DNA of 64,000 nt from Escherichia coli (lineage in GTDB: Bacteria > Pseudomonadota > Gammaproteobacteria > Enterobacterales > Enterobacteriaceae): assembly GCF_003334385.1 (NCBI RefSeq), contig NZ_QOWN01000009.1; one strand, 5' to 3'. The notes below the pieces were generated by a model, which worked only from the letters and a program-made list of their open reading frames with translations, made no database searches and was not told the origin of the DNA. Position 1 is the stretch's first letter, and each line of letters opens with the position of its first letter. The position numbers were made by a program, and so were the translations under genes. Shown one piece after another: positions 13,314 through 23,979 of the stretch.

Positions 13314-15512
13314 TTATCTCCTGCGCAACAATCTTAACGCATTCGCTGTCACCAGCACCGTCGCCCCCGTATCTGCCAGCACTGCCAGCCACAACCCGGT
13401 CATCCCTAACAGCGTGGTGACGAGGAAGATCCCTTTCAGCCCCAGCGCAATAGTGATGTTCTGGCGGATATTGGCGTGAGTGGCGCGTGCCAGTTCAATC
13501 ATTTGCACCAGGCCGCGCAGGTGGTTATGGGTTAATGCTGCGTCGGCGGTTTCCAGCGCCACGTCTGTGCCGCTACCCATTGCAATCCCGATGGCGGCAG
13601 CTTTCATCGCTGGCGCGTCGTTAATACCGTCACCGACCATCGCCAGCGGCGCATGTTGATTCAGCTCGGTCACCGCTTTGACTTTATCTTCCGGCAACAG
13701 GCCCGCTTTAAACTCCAGCCCCAGCTCCCCGGCAATTGCCGCCGCTGCGCGTGGATTATCGCCGGTGAGGATCACCCCTTTGACGCCCAGCGCGTTCAGT
13801 TCACTGATGGCAGTTGCAGCATCGGCGCGCAGGGTATCCTGTAACGCAATGACACCAAGCACGTCATCGTTACGTACTACCAGCACTACCGTTTGCCCGG
13901 CGCTTTCCAGTTCGTTAATTAAACCAGTAAATGCATCAGCGGGATGTTTCCCGGCAGCGCAAATCAATACGCGCTCACCGTTAACCTGCGCTTCAATGCC
14001 AGACCCGACCAGCGCCCGCTGTGATTCGGCGGTGGGAATGGCGAGTTCAGCAACCTGTGCTTCGCGTACGATGGCTTGCGCCAGTGGATGCGTCGCGCCT
14101 TGCTCGACCGCCGCCGCCAGTGTCAGCAGTTCAGATTCACTAATACCCGTTGCCGGATGAATCGCGGTAACGCGCGGTTTACCGACGGTCAGCGTACCGG
14201 TTTTATCAAACGCCACCTGAGTAACACGACCCAGCTGTTCCAGCGCCGCTCCGCCTTTAATCAACGCCCCACGACGCGCTGCCGCCGCCAGCCCGGAGGT
14301 AATCGCCGCAGGCGTTGAGATAACTAACGCACACGGGCAGCCAATCAGCAGCAGCGTCAGCCCTTTATAAATCCACTCCTGCCAGCTGGCGGCAAACAGC
14401 AGCGGTGGCACCAGCGTCACCAGCAGAGCGACGGCCATAATCGCGGGCGTATAGATACGGCTGAAACGGTCGATAAACCGCTCAATGGGAGCGCGACGCT
14501 CTTCGGCTTCTTCGATCAGTTTCAGAATCCGGTCAATGGCGCTGGCTCCCGGTTCTGACAGCACTTCCAACGTCACCAGACGGTCTACGCTGGTGGCACC
14601 AGCAGGGACTTTATCGCCCGTTGCGCGCTCCACCGGAATGGATTCGCCGGTCAGGGCGCTTTCATCAAAACTGGCAAACGGTGAGAGCAGTTTACCGTCG
14701 GCAGGCAAACGCCCACCTGCGGCGACTTCAATCACATCGCCAGGGCGCAGGCTGTTAATCGCCACCTCTTCCCGCTCACCCTTACGCAGGCGCGTGGCGG
14801 TTTCTGGTTTCAGCGCCATTAACGCGCTAACGCCCTGACGCGCGCGGCTGGCGGCCCAGCCTTCCAGTCGTTCACCAATCAAAAACAGCAGCAACACCAT
14901 CGCAGCTTCAGCCGTTGCGCCAATAAACAGTGCACCAATAGCGGCTACGCTCATTAAGGTTTCAATGGCGAAGTAGCTGCCGGATTTGATCAACCGTAAT
15001 GCCTGACGAGCAATCGGGTACAGCCCAACCAGCGTGGTCGCGATAAACGCCAGTTGCCCGAACGGATGATTGAACTGCTCCAGACCCCAGCTGATTGCCA
15101 TCATCACGATTAGCGTAATCAGCGGCAGATTCTCTTTCAGGCGTGATGCTTGCGGTTCTTCGGCGGCCTGTTCATCGCGCAGGGAATAGCCTGCTTTTTG
15201 CAGCGCAGATTCAACTTGTGCACGAATGTCATTGTCGGCATCGACCACCAGTTTTTCGGTGGCGAACAACACCTGCACCTGATTCACGCCTGCAAGCTGG
15301 CGCACGGCATTTTCTACCTTGCGCGCACAGGCGGCGCAGTCCATGCCGCTGACTTTCCAGCTATAGCGGGTGCCGGAGACGTTTTCAGAGAGAGTTGGCG
15401 TGCTGGAACATGCGCCGTCGCAGCAACAGTCGTTGGCGTTCTGTACCGTGGTTAGCGGTTTGAACGCAGCAAATTGAGGGGCTTTCTTGCCGTGATTGTC
15501 AGGAGTCGACAT
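13314..15512 (-). CDS. zntA: Zn/Cd/Pb-exporting P1B-type ATPase ZntA
   Basis: 732 aa ORF with N-terminal metal-binding GMDCAAC, CPC transmembrane motif (IGCPCALVISTP), DKTGTLT phosphorylation site and GDGINDAPA. Confidence 0.96.
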   Translation of the reverse strand: MSTPDNHGKKAPQFAAFKPLTTVQNANDCCCDGACSSTPTLSENVSGTRYSWKVSGMDCAACARKVENAVRQLAGVNQVQVLFATEKLVVDADNDIRAQVESALQKAGYSLRDEQAAEEPQASRLKENLPLITLIVMMAISWGLEQFNHPFGQLAFIATTLVGLYPIARQALRLIKSGSYFAIETLMSVAAIGALFIGATAEAAMVLLLFLIGERLEGWAASRARQGVSALMALKPETATRLRKGEREEVAINSLRPGDVIEVAAGGRLPADGKLLSPFASFDESALTGESIPVERATGDKVPAGATSVDRLVTLEVLSEPGASAIDRILKLIEEAEERRAPIERFIDRFSRIYTPAIMAVALLVTLVPPLLFAASWQEWIYKGLTLLLIGCPCALVISTPAAITSGLAAAARRGALIKGGAALEQLGRVTQVAFDKTGTLTVGKPRVTAIHPATGISESELLTLAAAVEQGATHPLAQAIVREAQVAELAIPTAESQRALVGSGIEAQVNGERVLICAAGKHPADAFTGLINELESAGQTVVLVVRNDDVLGVIALQDTLRADAATAISELNALGVKGVILTGDNPRAAAAIAGELGLEFKAGLLPEDKVKAVTELNQHAPLAMVGDGINDAPAMKAAAIGIAMGSGTDVALETADAALTHNHLRGLVQMIELARATHANIRQNITIALGLKGIFLVTTLLGMTGLWLAVLADTGATVLVTANALRLLRRR

Positions 15513-15549
15513 GGCATCCTCCGGTTAAGTTTTTTCTCATTAACCGAAG

Positions 15550-15580
15550 GATACACTCTGGAGTCGACTCCAGAGTCAAG
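15550..15580 (-). promoter_or_regulatory. zntA promoter with ZntR (MerR-family) operator: perfect 22-bp palindrome in the spacer
   Basis: Plus-strand actctggagtcgactccagagt at 15555..15576 is a perfect inverted repeat; on the minus strand it directly follows a TTGACT -35 hexamer, as in the known PzntA. Confidence 0.8.
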
Positions 15581-15585
15581 TTTTA

Positions 15586-16212
15586 TCAGAGATACAGCGA
15601 GCGGACGATCAGGAAGTGACCGGCAAAGTAGCAGGCCGCAGCAATCGCGTTATCCGCACGGAAGCGTCGGCGATAGTGGCTCCCCAGCCAGACAAAGTTA
15701 CTGATAAACAGCAACGAAGCGCCAACAAACGCAGAGAGCGCCGGAGCGGTCGGACGGAAGAACCACAGTTCACCTGCCAGCCACACCATCACCAGCGTCA
15801 TGCCGATAAACGTGCAGATAGGCCAACGGTACTCTTCCAGGCGCGTCCAGATAATCGCCAGTAACAGCGCACCCAGAACCAGCAGCACCAGTGGTAGAGG
15901 CCAGAAGAAAGAGAGCGTCATCTGACTGGCGAAATAGATGGTGTACAGCAGGTGCGAGAGGAAAAACGCGCCGATGGCGTACATCAGACGTTGACGTGGC
16001 AACAGGGTTAGCGCATCGCCCAGCAGTGAGGCGCACAGCCCTGCCAGCACCAGATAGCTAATGGCGTCGAACATCGGCGCTTGCCAGGCCAGTAACAGCA
16101 GGAGAAGAAGGGTTAACGGTTTAAACACCCAGCGTTGCCAGGTTGGCCCACGATACGATGCATCCACAGATAGCCATGCGGAAAGACAGACAGCGATAAA
16201 CGACCAAAGCAT
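15586..16212 (-). CDS. yhhN: YhhN-family integral membrane protein
   Basis: 208 aa hydrophobic [31 protein letters not shown]...; synteny. Confidence 0.85.
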
Positions 16213-16352
16213 CTTAGTTCCTTGAATTCGTTATTTTTTCGTAAGCGGAATGCCTACGGTCTTGCTTCCAGTTTAGTGGCGAGGGTGGACGGATGACAAC
16301 ACCATAACTGGCAGGGTATGCTTATTTCCGCATTTTCCGATGAGGGATAAAG

Positions 16353-16712
16353 ATGAGCAAACCACCTCTTTTCTTTATTGTTATCATTGGCTTAATTGTC
16401 GTCGCCGCATCGTTTCGTTTTATGCAACAGCGACGGGAAAAAGCTGATAATGATATGGCTCCGCTCCAGCAAAAGCTGGTGGTGGTGAGCAACAAGCGGG
16501 AAAAACCGATTAACGATCGCCGTTCGCGCCAGCAGGAAGTGACTCCGGCAGGCACCAGTATACGCTATGAGGCAAGCTTCAAACCGCAAAGCGGAGGAAT
16601 GGAGCAGACGTTTCGCCTCGACGCCCAGCAGTACCACGCCCTGACAGTGGGCGATAAAGGTACGCTGAGCTATAAAGGAACGCGCTTTGTCAGCTTTGTA
16701 GGCGAACAATAA
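16353..16712 (+). CDS. yhhM: Small membrane-anchored protein YhhM (DUF2500-like)
   Basis: 119 aa ORF with one N-terminal TM helix; divergent from yhhN. Confidence 0.8.
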   Translation: MSKPPLFFIVIIGLIVVAASFRFMQQRREKADNDMAPLQQKLVVVSNKREKPINDRRSRQQEVTPAGTSIRYEASFKPQSGGMEQTFRLDAQQYHALTVGDKGTLSYKGTRFVSFVGEQ

Positions 16713-16714
16713 GG

Positions 16715-16984
16715 TTATTTTTTAACTTTAAATTTCTTCTGCCAGGCCAGCAGTTCAAACACGCCGAAAAGGAAAATCCGTACCTTTTCGGCGGTGGTCA
16801 TCTGCGGGCCATCTTTCGGTAAAGTGGATTTCAATAGCGCCAGCTGCATACCATGCATCAGCACGGTAAAAATCAGCGCCACGTTAACGAAGATATTCAG
16901 CGGGCGTGGGAAGGGATGCACCAGGTTGAGGATTAAAAATCCCCAAACGCAGAGCATTAACAAACGACCAATATTAATCAGCAT
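16715..16984 (-). CDS. yhhL: Small inner-membrane protein YhhL
   Basis: Track ORF 16715..17107 trimmed to the internal MLINIGRLLMLCVWGFLILNL... (89 aa); overlaps the rsmD 3' end by 11 nt. Confidence 0.75.
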   Translation of the reverse strand: MLINIGRLLMLCVWGFLILNLVHPFPRPLNIFVNVALIFTVLMHGMQLALLKSTLPKDGPQMTTAEKVRIFLFGVFELLAWQKKFKVKK

Positions 16985-17570
16985 CACTTTCTCCTTGTGC
17001 TTCGCGTTGATACAGCCGATAAGCCACCTGACCCGCCACTTTTTCCCGATGTAATGACCAGTTTGCTGGAACAGTGGGCAGACCGTTTTCGACTTCGCTT
17101 TCGACATAAATCAGGGCTTCGTCAGCCAGCCAGCCGTTATCTTCCAGTAAATTTATCGTCTCTTCTAACAAGCCACGGCGGAACGGTGGATCGACAAACA
17201 CGATATTATGCGGTGTACCTTTTTGCGCCAGGAATGACATCGCGTTGCTGTTCACCACGCGTGCATTGCCTGCTTTTAGTGTCGCCAGATTCTTAATTAA
17301 CTGCTGAGAAACCGCGCGATCCATCTCAATCAACGTTGCCCCCGCAGCGTAGCGCGATAACGCTTCCAGCCCCAGCGCGCCGCTCCCGGCGAAGCAATCC
17401 AGACATTGGGCGTCAACAATGACCGGAGCCAGCCAGTTAAACAACGTTTCGCGTACGCGGTCGGTGGTGGGGCGCAGACCTGGGCTATCAGGAACCGGGA
17501 GTTTACGGCCTCGCCACTGCCCGCCAATAATGCGGATTTGGCCGCTGCCGGAATGATTCGGTTTTTTCAT
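16974..17570 (-). CDS. rsmD: 16S rRNA m2G966 methyltransferase RsmD
   Basis: 198 aa ORF with SAM-binding LDCFAGSGALGLEALSR and DPPF motif. Confidence 0.93.
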   Translation of the reverse strand: MKKPNHSGSGQIRIIGGQWRGRKLPVPDSPGLRPTTDRVRETLFNWLAPVIVDAQCLDCFAGSGALGLEALSRYAAGATLIEMDRAVSQQLIKNLATLKAGNARVVNSNAMSFLAQKGTPHNIVFVDPPFRRGLLEETINLLEDNGWLADEALIYVESEVENGLPTVPANWSLHREKVAGQVAYRLYQREAQGESDAD

Positions 17571-17719
17571 GATAAATTGCTCAATCCGCCAGATAACACA
17601 TACTTGCAGGCGGTGATGTGAATTAAGTTAAGTGATAGACTATTTCATCATTTTTTTAGCTGCTATGTACATAGCGTTAACGCTGTGCCATGAAGCAACA
17701 GCGAGGAGTGTAGTCGCAA

Positions 17720-19213
17720 ATGGCGAAAGAAAAAAAACGTGGCTTTTTTTCCTGGCTGGGCTTTGGTCAAAAAGAGCAGACCCCGGAAAAAGAGACAGAA
17801 GTTCAGAATGAACAACCGGTTGTAGAAGAAATCGTTCAGGCGCAAGAGCCTGTGAAGGCCTCTGAACAAGCCGTTGAAGAGCAGCCGCAAGCGCATACTG
17901 AAGCCGAGGCGGAAACTTTTGCTGCCGACGTTGTGGAAGTCACTGAACAGGTTGCTGAAAGTGAAAAAGCGCAGCCTGAAGCGGAAGTCGTTGCACAGCC
18001 GGAACCGGTCGTAGAAGAAACGCCGGAGCCAGTGGCTATCGAACGTGAAGAGCTGCCGTTGCCGGAAGACGTCAACGCCGAAGCGGTTTCGCCAGAAGAG
18101 TGGCAGGCTGAAGCGGAAACCGTAGAGATTGTCGAAGCGGCGGAAGAAGAAGCGGCTAAAGAAGAAATTACCGACGAAGAGCTGGAAACGGCGCTGGCTG
18201 CCGAAGCGGCAGAAGAGGCGGTGATGGTGGTTCCTCCGGCAGAAGAAGAGCAGCCGGTGGAAGAAATCGCTCAGGAGCAGGAAAAACCGACCAAAGAAGG
18301 TTTTTTCGCGCGCCTGAAACGCAGCCTGTTAAAAACCAAAGAAAATCTCGGTTCCGGATTTATCAGCCTGTTCCGCGGTAAAAAAATCGACGATGATCTG
18401 TTTGAGGAGCTGGAAGAGCAGCTTTTGATCGCCGATGTGGGTGTGGAAACCACACGTAAAATTATCACCAATCTGACGGAAGGCGCATCCCGCAAGCAGC
18501 TTCGTGACGCCGAGGCGCTCTATGGCCTGCTGAAAGAAGAGATGGGCGAGATTCTGGCGAAAGTCGATGAGCCGCTGAATGTTGAAGGCAAAGCGCCGTT
18601 TGTGATCCTGATGGTGGGCGTCAACGGTGTGGGTAAAACCACGACGATTGGTAAGCTGGCGCGTCAGTTTGAGCAGCAGGGTAAATCGGTGATGCTGGCG
18701 GCGGGTGATACTTTCCGTGCAGCTGCGGTTGAACAGCTTCAGGTCTGGGGTCAGCGCAACAATATTCCGGTGATTGCCCAGCATACCGGGGCGGATTCCG
18801 CCTCTGTTATCTTCGACGCCATTCAGGCAGCTAAAGCGCGTAATATCGACGTCCTGATTGCCGATACAGCCGGACGCCTGCAGAACAAATCGCACCTGAT
18901 GGAAGAGTTGAAGAAAATCGTCCGCGTGATGAAGAAACTCGACGTTGAAGCGCCGCATGAAGTTATGCTGACTATTGATGCCAGCACCGGGCAGAACGCG
19001 GTAAGCCAGGCCAAACTGTTCCATGAAGCCGTTGGCTTAACCGGCATCACGCTAACGAAACTGGACGGCACGGCGAAAGGCGGGGTAATTTTCTCGGTGG
19101 CTGACCAGTTTGGTATCCCTATCCGCTACATTGGTGTCGGCGAACGTATTGAGGATTTGCGTCCGTTTAAGGCGGACGACTTTATAGAGGCACTTTTTGC
19201 CCGAGAGGATTAA
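17720..19213 (+). CDS. ftsY: Signal recognition particle receptor FtsY
   Basis: 497 aa ORF: acidic low-complexity N-terminal domain, then SRP GTPase domain (GVNGVGKTTTIGKLA, DTAGR). Confidence 0.96.
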   Translation: MAKEKKRGFFSWLGFGQKEQTPEKETEVQNEQPVVEEIVQAQEPVKASEQAVEEQPQAHTEAEAETFAADVVEVTEQVAESEKAQPEAEVVAQPEPVVEETPEPVAIEREELPLPEDVNAEAVSPEEWQAEAETVEIVEAAEEEAAKEEITDEELETALAAEAAEEAVMVVPPAEEEQPVEEIAQEQEKPTKEGFFARLKRSLLKTKENLGSGFISLFRGKKIDDDLFEELEEQLLIADVGVETTRKIITNLTEGASRKQLRDAEALYGLLKEEMGEILAKVDEPLNVEGKAPFVILMVGVNGVGKTTTIGKLARQFEQQGKSVMLAAGDTFRAAAVEQLQVWGQRNNIPVIAQHTGADSASVIFDAIQAAKARNIDVLIADTAGRLQNKSHLMEELKKIVRVMKKLDVEAPHEVMLTIDASTGQNAVSQAKLFHEAVGLTGITLTKLDGTAKGGVIFSVADQFGIPIRYIGVGERIEDLRPFKADDFIEALFARED

Positions 19214-19215
19214 CA

Positions 19216-19884
19216 ATGATTCGCTTTGAACATGTCAGCAAGGCTTATCTCGGTGGGAGACAGGCGCTGCAGGGCGTTACGTTCCATATGCAGCCGGGTG
19301 AGATGGCGTTTCTGACCGGTCATTCCGGCGCAGGGAAAAGTACCCTCCTGAAGCTGATCTGTGGGATTGAGCGGCCCAGCGCCGGGAAAATCTGGTTTAG
19401 CGGCCATGACATCACGCGTCTGAAAAACCGTGAAGTTCCGTTTCTGCGCCGCCAGATTGGCATGATTTTCCAGGATCACCATCTACTGATGGACCGTACT
19501 GTCTACGATAACGTGGCGATCCCGCTGATTATCGCCGGTGCCAGCGGTGACGATATTCGTCGCCGGGTGTCGGCGGCGCTGGATAAAGTCGGGCTACTGG
19601 ACAAAGCGAAGAACTTCCCTATTCAGCTTTCGGGCGGTGAACAACAGCGTGTTGGCATTGCCCGCGCGGTGGTGAACAAGCCCGCGGTACTGCTGGCGGA
19701 CGAACCGACTGGTAACCTGGACGACGCGCTGTCGGAAGGCATTTTACGTCTGTTTGAAGAGTTTAACCGCGTTGGGGTAACCGTATTGATGGCAACGCAC
19801 GACATCAACCTGATCTCGCGGCGTTCCTATCGCATGCTCACCCTGAGCGATGGTCACTTGCATGGAGGCGTGGGCCATGAATAA
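19216..19884 (+). CDS. ftsE: Cell-division ABC transporter ATP-binding protein FtsE
   Basis: 222 aa ORF with Walker [10 protein letters not shown] and signature LSGGEQQRV; ftsYEX operon. Confidence 0.96.
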
Positions 19885-20935
19885 GCGCGATGCAATCAAT
19901 CATATTCGGCAGTTTGGCGGGCGTCTTGATCGCTTCCGTAAATCGGTCGGCGGCTCAGGCGACGGCGGTCGTAACGCACCAAAACGCGCGAAATCCTCGC
20001 CAAAACCGGTAAATCGCAAAACCAACGTTTTCAACGAACAGGTGCGCTATGCCTTCCACGGCGCATTGCAGGATCTGAAAAGCAAACCGTTCGCCACGTT
20101 TTTAACGGTGATGGTTATCGCCATTTCTCTGACGCTGCCCAGCGTCTGTTATATGGTGTACAAAAACGTTAACCAGGCGGCGACGCAGTATTATCCGTCA
20201 CCGCAAATCACTGTTTATCTGCAAAAAACGCTGGACGATGACGCTGCTGCGGGCGTGGTGGCACAGTTGCAGGCCGAGCAAGGCGTGGAGAAAGTGAACT
20301 ATCTTTCTCGTGAAGACGCACTGGGTGAGTTCCGTAACTGGTCTGGTTTTGGTGGTGCGCTGGATATGCTGGAAGAAAACCCGCTTCCGGCAGTGGCGGT
20401 GGTGATCCCGAAACTCGATTTCCAGGGGACGGAATCACTGAATACGCTGCGTGATCGTATCACGCAGATTAACGGCATTGACGAAGTGCGGATGGATGAC
20501 AGCTGGTTTGCCCGTCTGGCGGCGTTGACCGGGCTGGTCGGGCGCGTTTCGGCGATGATCGGCGTGTTGATGGTGGCGGCCGTGTTCCTCGTCATCGGTA
20601 ACAGTGTGCGTCTGAGTATCTTTGCTCGCCGTGACTCCATTAACGTACAGAAACTGATTGGTGCGACAGATGGATTCATCCTGCGCCCGTTCCTGTATGG
20701 TGGCGCACTGCTGGGATTTTCTGGCGCATTGTTGTCATTAATTTTGTCAGAAATTCTGGTGCTGCGATTGTCATCGGCGGTTGCGGAAGTGGCACAGGTT
20801 TTCGGAACGAAGTTTGATATCAATGGCTTATCATTCGATGAATGCCTGCTATTGCTGCTGGTATGCTCGATGATTGGCTGGGTGGCAGCGTGGCTTGCCA
20901 CGGTACAACATTTACGCCACTTTACGCCTGAATAA
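19877..20935 (+). CDS. ftsX: Cell-division ABC transporter permease-like protein FtsX
   Basis: Track ORF 19850..20935 trimmed to [15 protein letters not shown]... (352 aa); 8-nt overlap with ftsE. Confidence 0.93.
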
Positions 20936-21059
20936 TAAAAGCGTGTTATACTCTTTCCCTGCAATGGGTTCCGTAGCAGGGAAAGAGACCCCGTTGTCTC
21001 TTCCCGGTATTTCATCTCTATGTCACATTTTGTGCGTAATTTATTCACAAGCTTGCATT

Positions 21060-21086
21060 GAACTTGTGGATAAAATCACGGTCTGA
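21060..21086 (+). promoter_or_regulatory. rpoH sigma-E-type promoter (P3) with embedded DnaA box
   Basis: gaactt-N16-tctga matches the sigma-E -35/-10 consensus; tgtggataa at 21066..21074 is the reverse complement of a TTATCCACA DnaA box; about 100 bp upstream of rpoH. Confidence 0.7.
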
Positions 21087-21179
21087 TAAAACAGTGAATG
21101 ATAACCTCGTTGCTCTTAAGCTCTGGCACAGTTGTTGCTACCACTGAAGCGCCAGAAGATATCGATTGAGAGGATTTGA

Positions 21180-22034
21180 ATGACTGACAAAATGCAAAGT
21201 TTAGCTTTAGCCCCAGTTGGCAACCTGGATTCCTACATCCGGGCAGCTAACGCGTGGCCGATGTTGTCGGCTGACGAGGAGCGGGCGCTGGCTGAAAAGC
21301 TGCATTACCATGGCGATCTGGAAGCAGCTAAAACGCTGATCCTGTCTCACCTGCGGTTTGTTGTTCATATTGCTCGTAATTATGCGGGCTATGGCCTGCC
21401 ACAGGCGGATTTGATTCAGGAAGGTAACATCGGCCTGATGAAAGCAGTGCGCCGTTTCAACCCGGAAGTGGGTGTGCGCCTGGTCTCCTTCGCCGTTCAC
21501 TGGATCAAAGCAGAGATCCACGAATACGTTCTGCGTAACTGGCGTATCGTCAAAGTTGCGACCACCAAAGCGCAGCGCAAACTGTTCTTCAACCTGCGTA
21601 AAACCAAGCAGCGTCTGGGCTGGTTTAACCAGGATGAAGTCGAAATGGTGGCCCGTGAACTGGGCGTAACCAGCAAAGACGTACGTGAGATGGAATCACG
21701 TATGGCGGCACAGGACATGACCTTTGACCTGTCTTCCGACGACGATTCCGACAGCCAGCCGATGGCTCCGGTGCTCTATCTGCAGGATAAATCATCTAAC
21801 TTTGCCGACGGCATTGAAGATGATAACTGGGAAGAGCAGGCGGCAAACCGTCTGACCGACGCGATGCAGGGTCTGGACGAACGCAGCCAGGACATCATCC
21901 GTGCGCGCTGGCTGGACGAAGACAACAAGTCCACGTTGCAGGAACTGGCTGACCGTTACGGCGTTTCCGCTGAGCGTGTACGCCAGCTGGAAAAGAACGC
22001 GATGAAAAAATTGCGTGCTGCCATTGAAGCGTAA
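21180..22034 (+). CDS. rpoH: RNA polymerase heat-shock sigma factor sigma-32
   Basis: 284 aa [57 protein letters not shown]... with the sigma-70 family regions 2 and 4. Confidence 0.97.
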   Translation: MTDKMQSLALAPVGNLDSYIRAANAWPMLSADEERALAEKLHYHGDLEAAKTLILSHLRFVVHIARNYAGYGLPQADLIQEGNIGLMKAVRRFNPEVGVRLVSFAVHWIKAEIHEYVLRNWRIVKVATTKAQRKLFFNLRKTKQRLGWFNQDEVEMVARELGVTSKDVREMESRMAAQDMTFDLSSDDDSDSQPMAPVLYLQDKSSNFADGIEDDNWEEQAANRLTDAMQGLDERSQDIIRARWLDEDNKSTLQELADRYGVSAERVRQLEKNAMKKLRAAIEA

Positions 22035-22055
22035 TTTCCGCTATTAAGCAGAGAA

Positions 22056-22087
22056 CCCTGGATGAGAGTCCGGGGTTTTTGTTTTTT
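22056..22087 (+). terminator. Rho-independent terminator downstream of rpoH
   Basis: ccctggatgagagtccgggg stem-loop (7-bp stem with one G-U) followed by tttttgtttttt. Confidence 0.7.
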
Positions 22088-22304
22088 GGGCCTCTGTAAT
22101 AATCAATTTCCCCTCCGGCAAAACGCCAATCCCCACGCAGATTGTTAATAAACTGTCAAAATAGCTATTCCAATATCATAAAAATCGGGTATGTTTTAGC
22201 AGAGTATGCTGCTAAAGCACGGGTAGTCATGCATAAAACGAAATAAAGTGCTGAAAAACAACATCACAACACACGTAATAACCAGAAGAATGGGGATTCT
22301 CAGG

Positions 22305-23408
22305 ATGAACATAAAGGGTAAAGCGTTACTGGCAGGATGTATCGCGCTGGCATTCAGCAATATGGCTCTGGCAGAAGATATTAAAGTCGCGGTCGTGGGC
22401 GCAATGTCCGGTCCGGTTGCGCAGTACGGTGACCAGGAGTTTACCGGCGCAGAGCAGGCGGTTGCGGATATCAACGCTAAAGGCGGCATTAAAGGCAACA
22501 AACTGCAAATCGTAAAATATGACGATGCCTGTGACCCGAAACAGGCGGTTGCGGTGGCGAACAAAGTCGTTAACGACGGCATTAAATATGTGATTGGTCA
22601 CCTCTGTTCTTCATCAACGCAGCCTGCGTCTGACATCTACGAAGACGAAGGCATTTTAATGATCACCCCAGCGGCAACCGCGCCGGAGCTGACCGCCCGT
22701 GGCTATCAGCTGATCCTGCGCACCACCGGCCTGGACTCCGACCAGGGGCCGACGGCGGCGAAATATATTCTTGAGAAAGTGAAACCGCAGCGTATTGCTA
22801 TCGTTCACGACAAACAGCAATACGGCGAAGGTCTGGCGCGAGCGGTGCAGGACGGCCTGAAGAAAGGCAATGCAAACGTGGTGTTCTTTGATGGCATCAC
22901 CGCCGGGGAAAAAGATTTCTCAACGCTGGTGGCGCGTCTGAAAAAAGAGAATATCGACTTCGTTTACTACGGCGGTTATCACCCGGAAATGGGGCAAATC
23001 CTGCGTCAGGCACGCGCGGCAGGGCTGAAAACTCAGTTTATGGGGCCGGAAGGTGTGGCTAACGTTTCGCTGTCTAACATTGCGGGCGAATCAGCGGAAG
23101 GGCTGCTGGTGACCAAGCCGAAGAACTACGATCAGGTTCCGGCGAACAAACCCATTGTTGACGCGATCAAAGCGAAAAAACAGGACCCAAGTGGCGCATT
23201 CGTTTGGACCACCTACGCCGCGCTGCAATCTTTGCAGGCGGGCCTGAATCAGTCTGACGATCCGGCTGAAATCGCCAAATACCTGAAAGCGAACTCCGTG
23301 GATACCGTAATGGGACCGCTGACCTGGGATGAGAAAGGCGATCTGAAAGGCTTTGAGTTCGGCGTATTTGACTGGCACGCCAACGGCACGGCGACCGATG
23401 CGAAGTAA
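22305..23408 (+). CDS. livJ: Periplasmic Leu/Ile/Val-binding protein LivJ
   Basis: Track ORF 22248..23408 trimmed to [23 protein letters not shown] (signal peptide), 367 aa; paralogue of livK. Confidence 0.93.
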   Translation: MNIKGKALLAGCIALAFSNMALAEDIKVAVVGAMSGPVAQYGDQEFTGAEQAVADINAKGGIKGNKLQIVKYDDACDPKQAVAVANKVVNDGIKYVIGHLCSSSTQPASDIYEDEGILMITPAATAPELTARGYQLILRTTGLDSDQGPTAAKYILEKVKPQRIAIVHDKQQYGEGLARAVQDGLKKGNANVVFFDGITAGEKDFSTLVARLKKENIDFVYYGGYHPEMGQILRQARAAGLKTQFMGPEGVANVSLSNIAGESAEGLLVTKPKNYDQVPANKPIVDAIKAKKQDPSGAFVWTTYAALQSLQAGLNQSDDPAEIAKYLKANSVDTVMGPLTWDEKGDLKGFEFGVFDWHANGTATDAK

Positions 23409-23460
23409 TCATTAATCGGCAACTTTGGGTTGCCGCCAAATTGCTAATATCGAGTACGTT

Positions 23461-23567
<107 letters not shown>

Positions 23568-23595
23568 ATATCACTTTTGAAATCAAACTTGACGA

Positions 23596-23979
23596 TTAAC
23601 ACTTCTCCCAGCCGCCCTGTTGTGCCGTAAACCCCAGCGCCTGCATAAACGCCGTCATCACACCGCGATCTTCCACGCCTGCATCCGCCATCCACCAGCA
23701 TGAAACGCCAGGATTGTTACGCAAAACCTCTTCCAGCAGATATTGCCCCACACCGCGACGGCGGGTGACTTCCCGCACGCGCAGGGAATCCAGTGCCCCC
23801 TCGGTGCCGCTTAAGGTTACCCGCACGGCAGCGAGCAGGCGCTCGTTAAAACGCGCGGCGTAGATACGGTGGTTATCGTCAACCTGTAACGAGGAAGGGG
23901 AATACTCCGGCCAGATCTTTTGCAGGTCAATCCGGTCTTGGTCGCTAAATTTTTCTAATCGAATGATGGTCAGCTTCAT
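23596..23979 (-). CDS. panM: PanD maturation factor PanM/PanZ (GNAT fold)
   Basis: 127 aa ORF MKLTIIRLEKFSDQDRIDLQKIWPEYSPSSL...; acetyl-CoA-binding-like RRRGVGQYLLEE; between livJ and livK. Confidence 0.88.
   Translation of the reverse strand: MKLTIIRLEKFSDQDRIDLQKIWPEYSPSSLQVDDNHRIYAARFNERLLAAVRVTLSGTEGALDSLRVREVTRRRGVGQYLLEEVLRNNPGVSCWWMADAGVEDRGVMTAFMQALGFTAQQGGWEKC

Noticed and set aside
18329-19024. 231-aa minus-strand ORF
   Set aside because: Antisense to the ftsY GTPase domain; artefact.
20299-21048. 249-aa minus-strand ORF
   Set aside because: Antisense to ftsX and low-complexity (S/T/R-rich); artefact.
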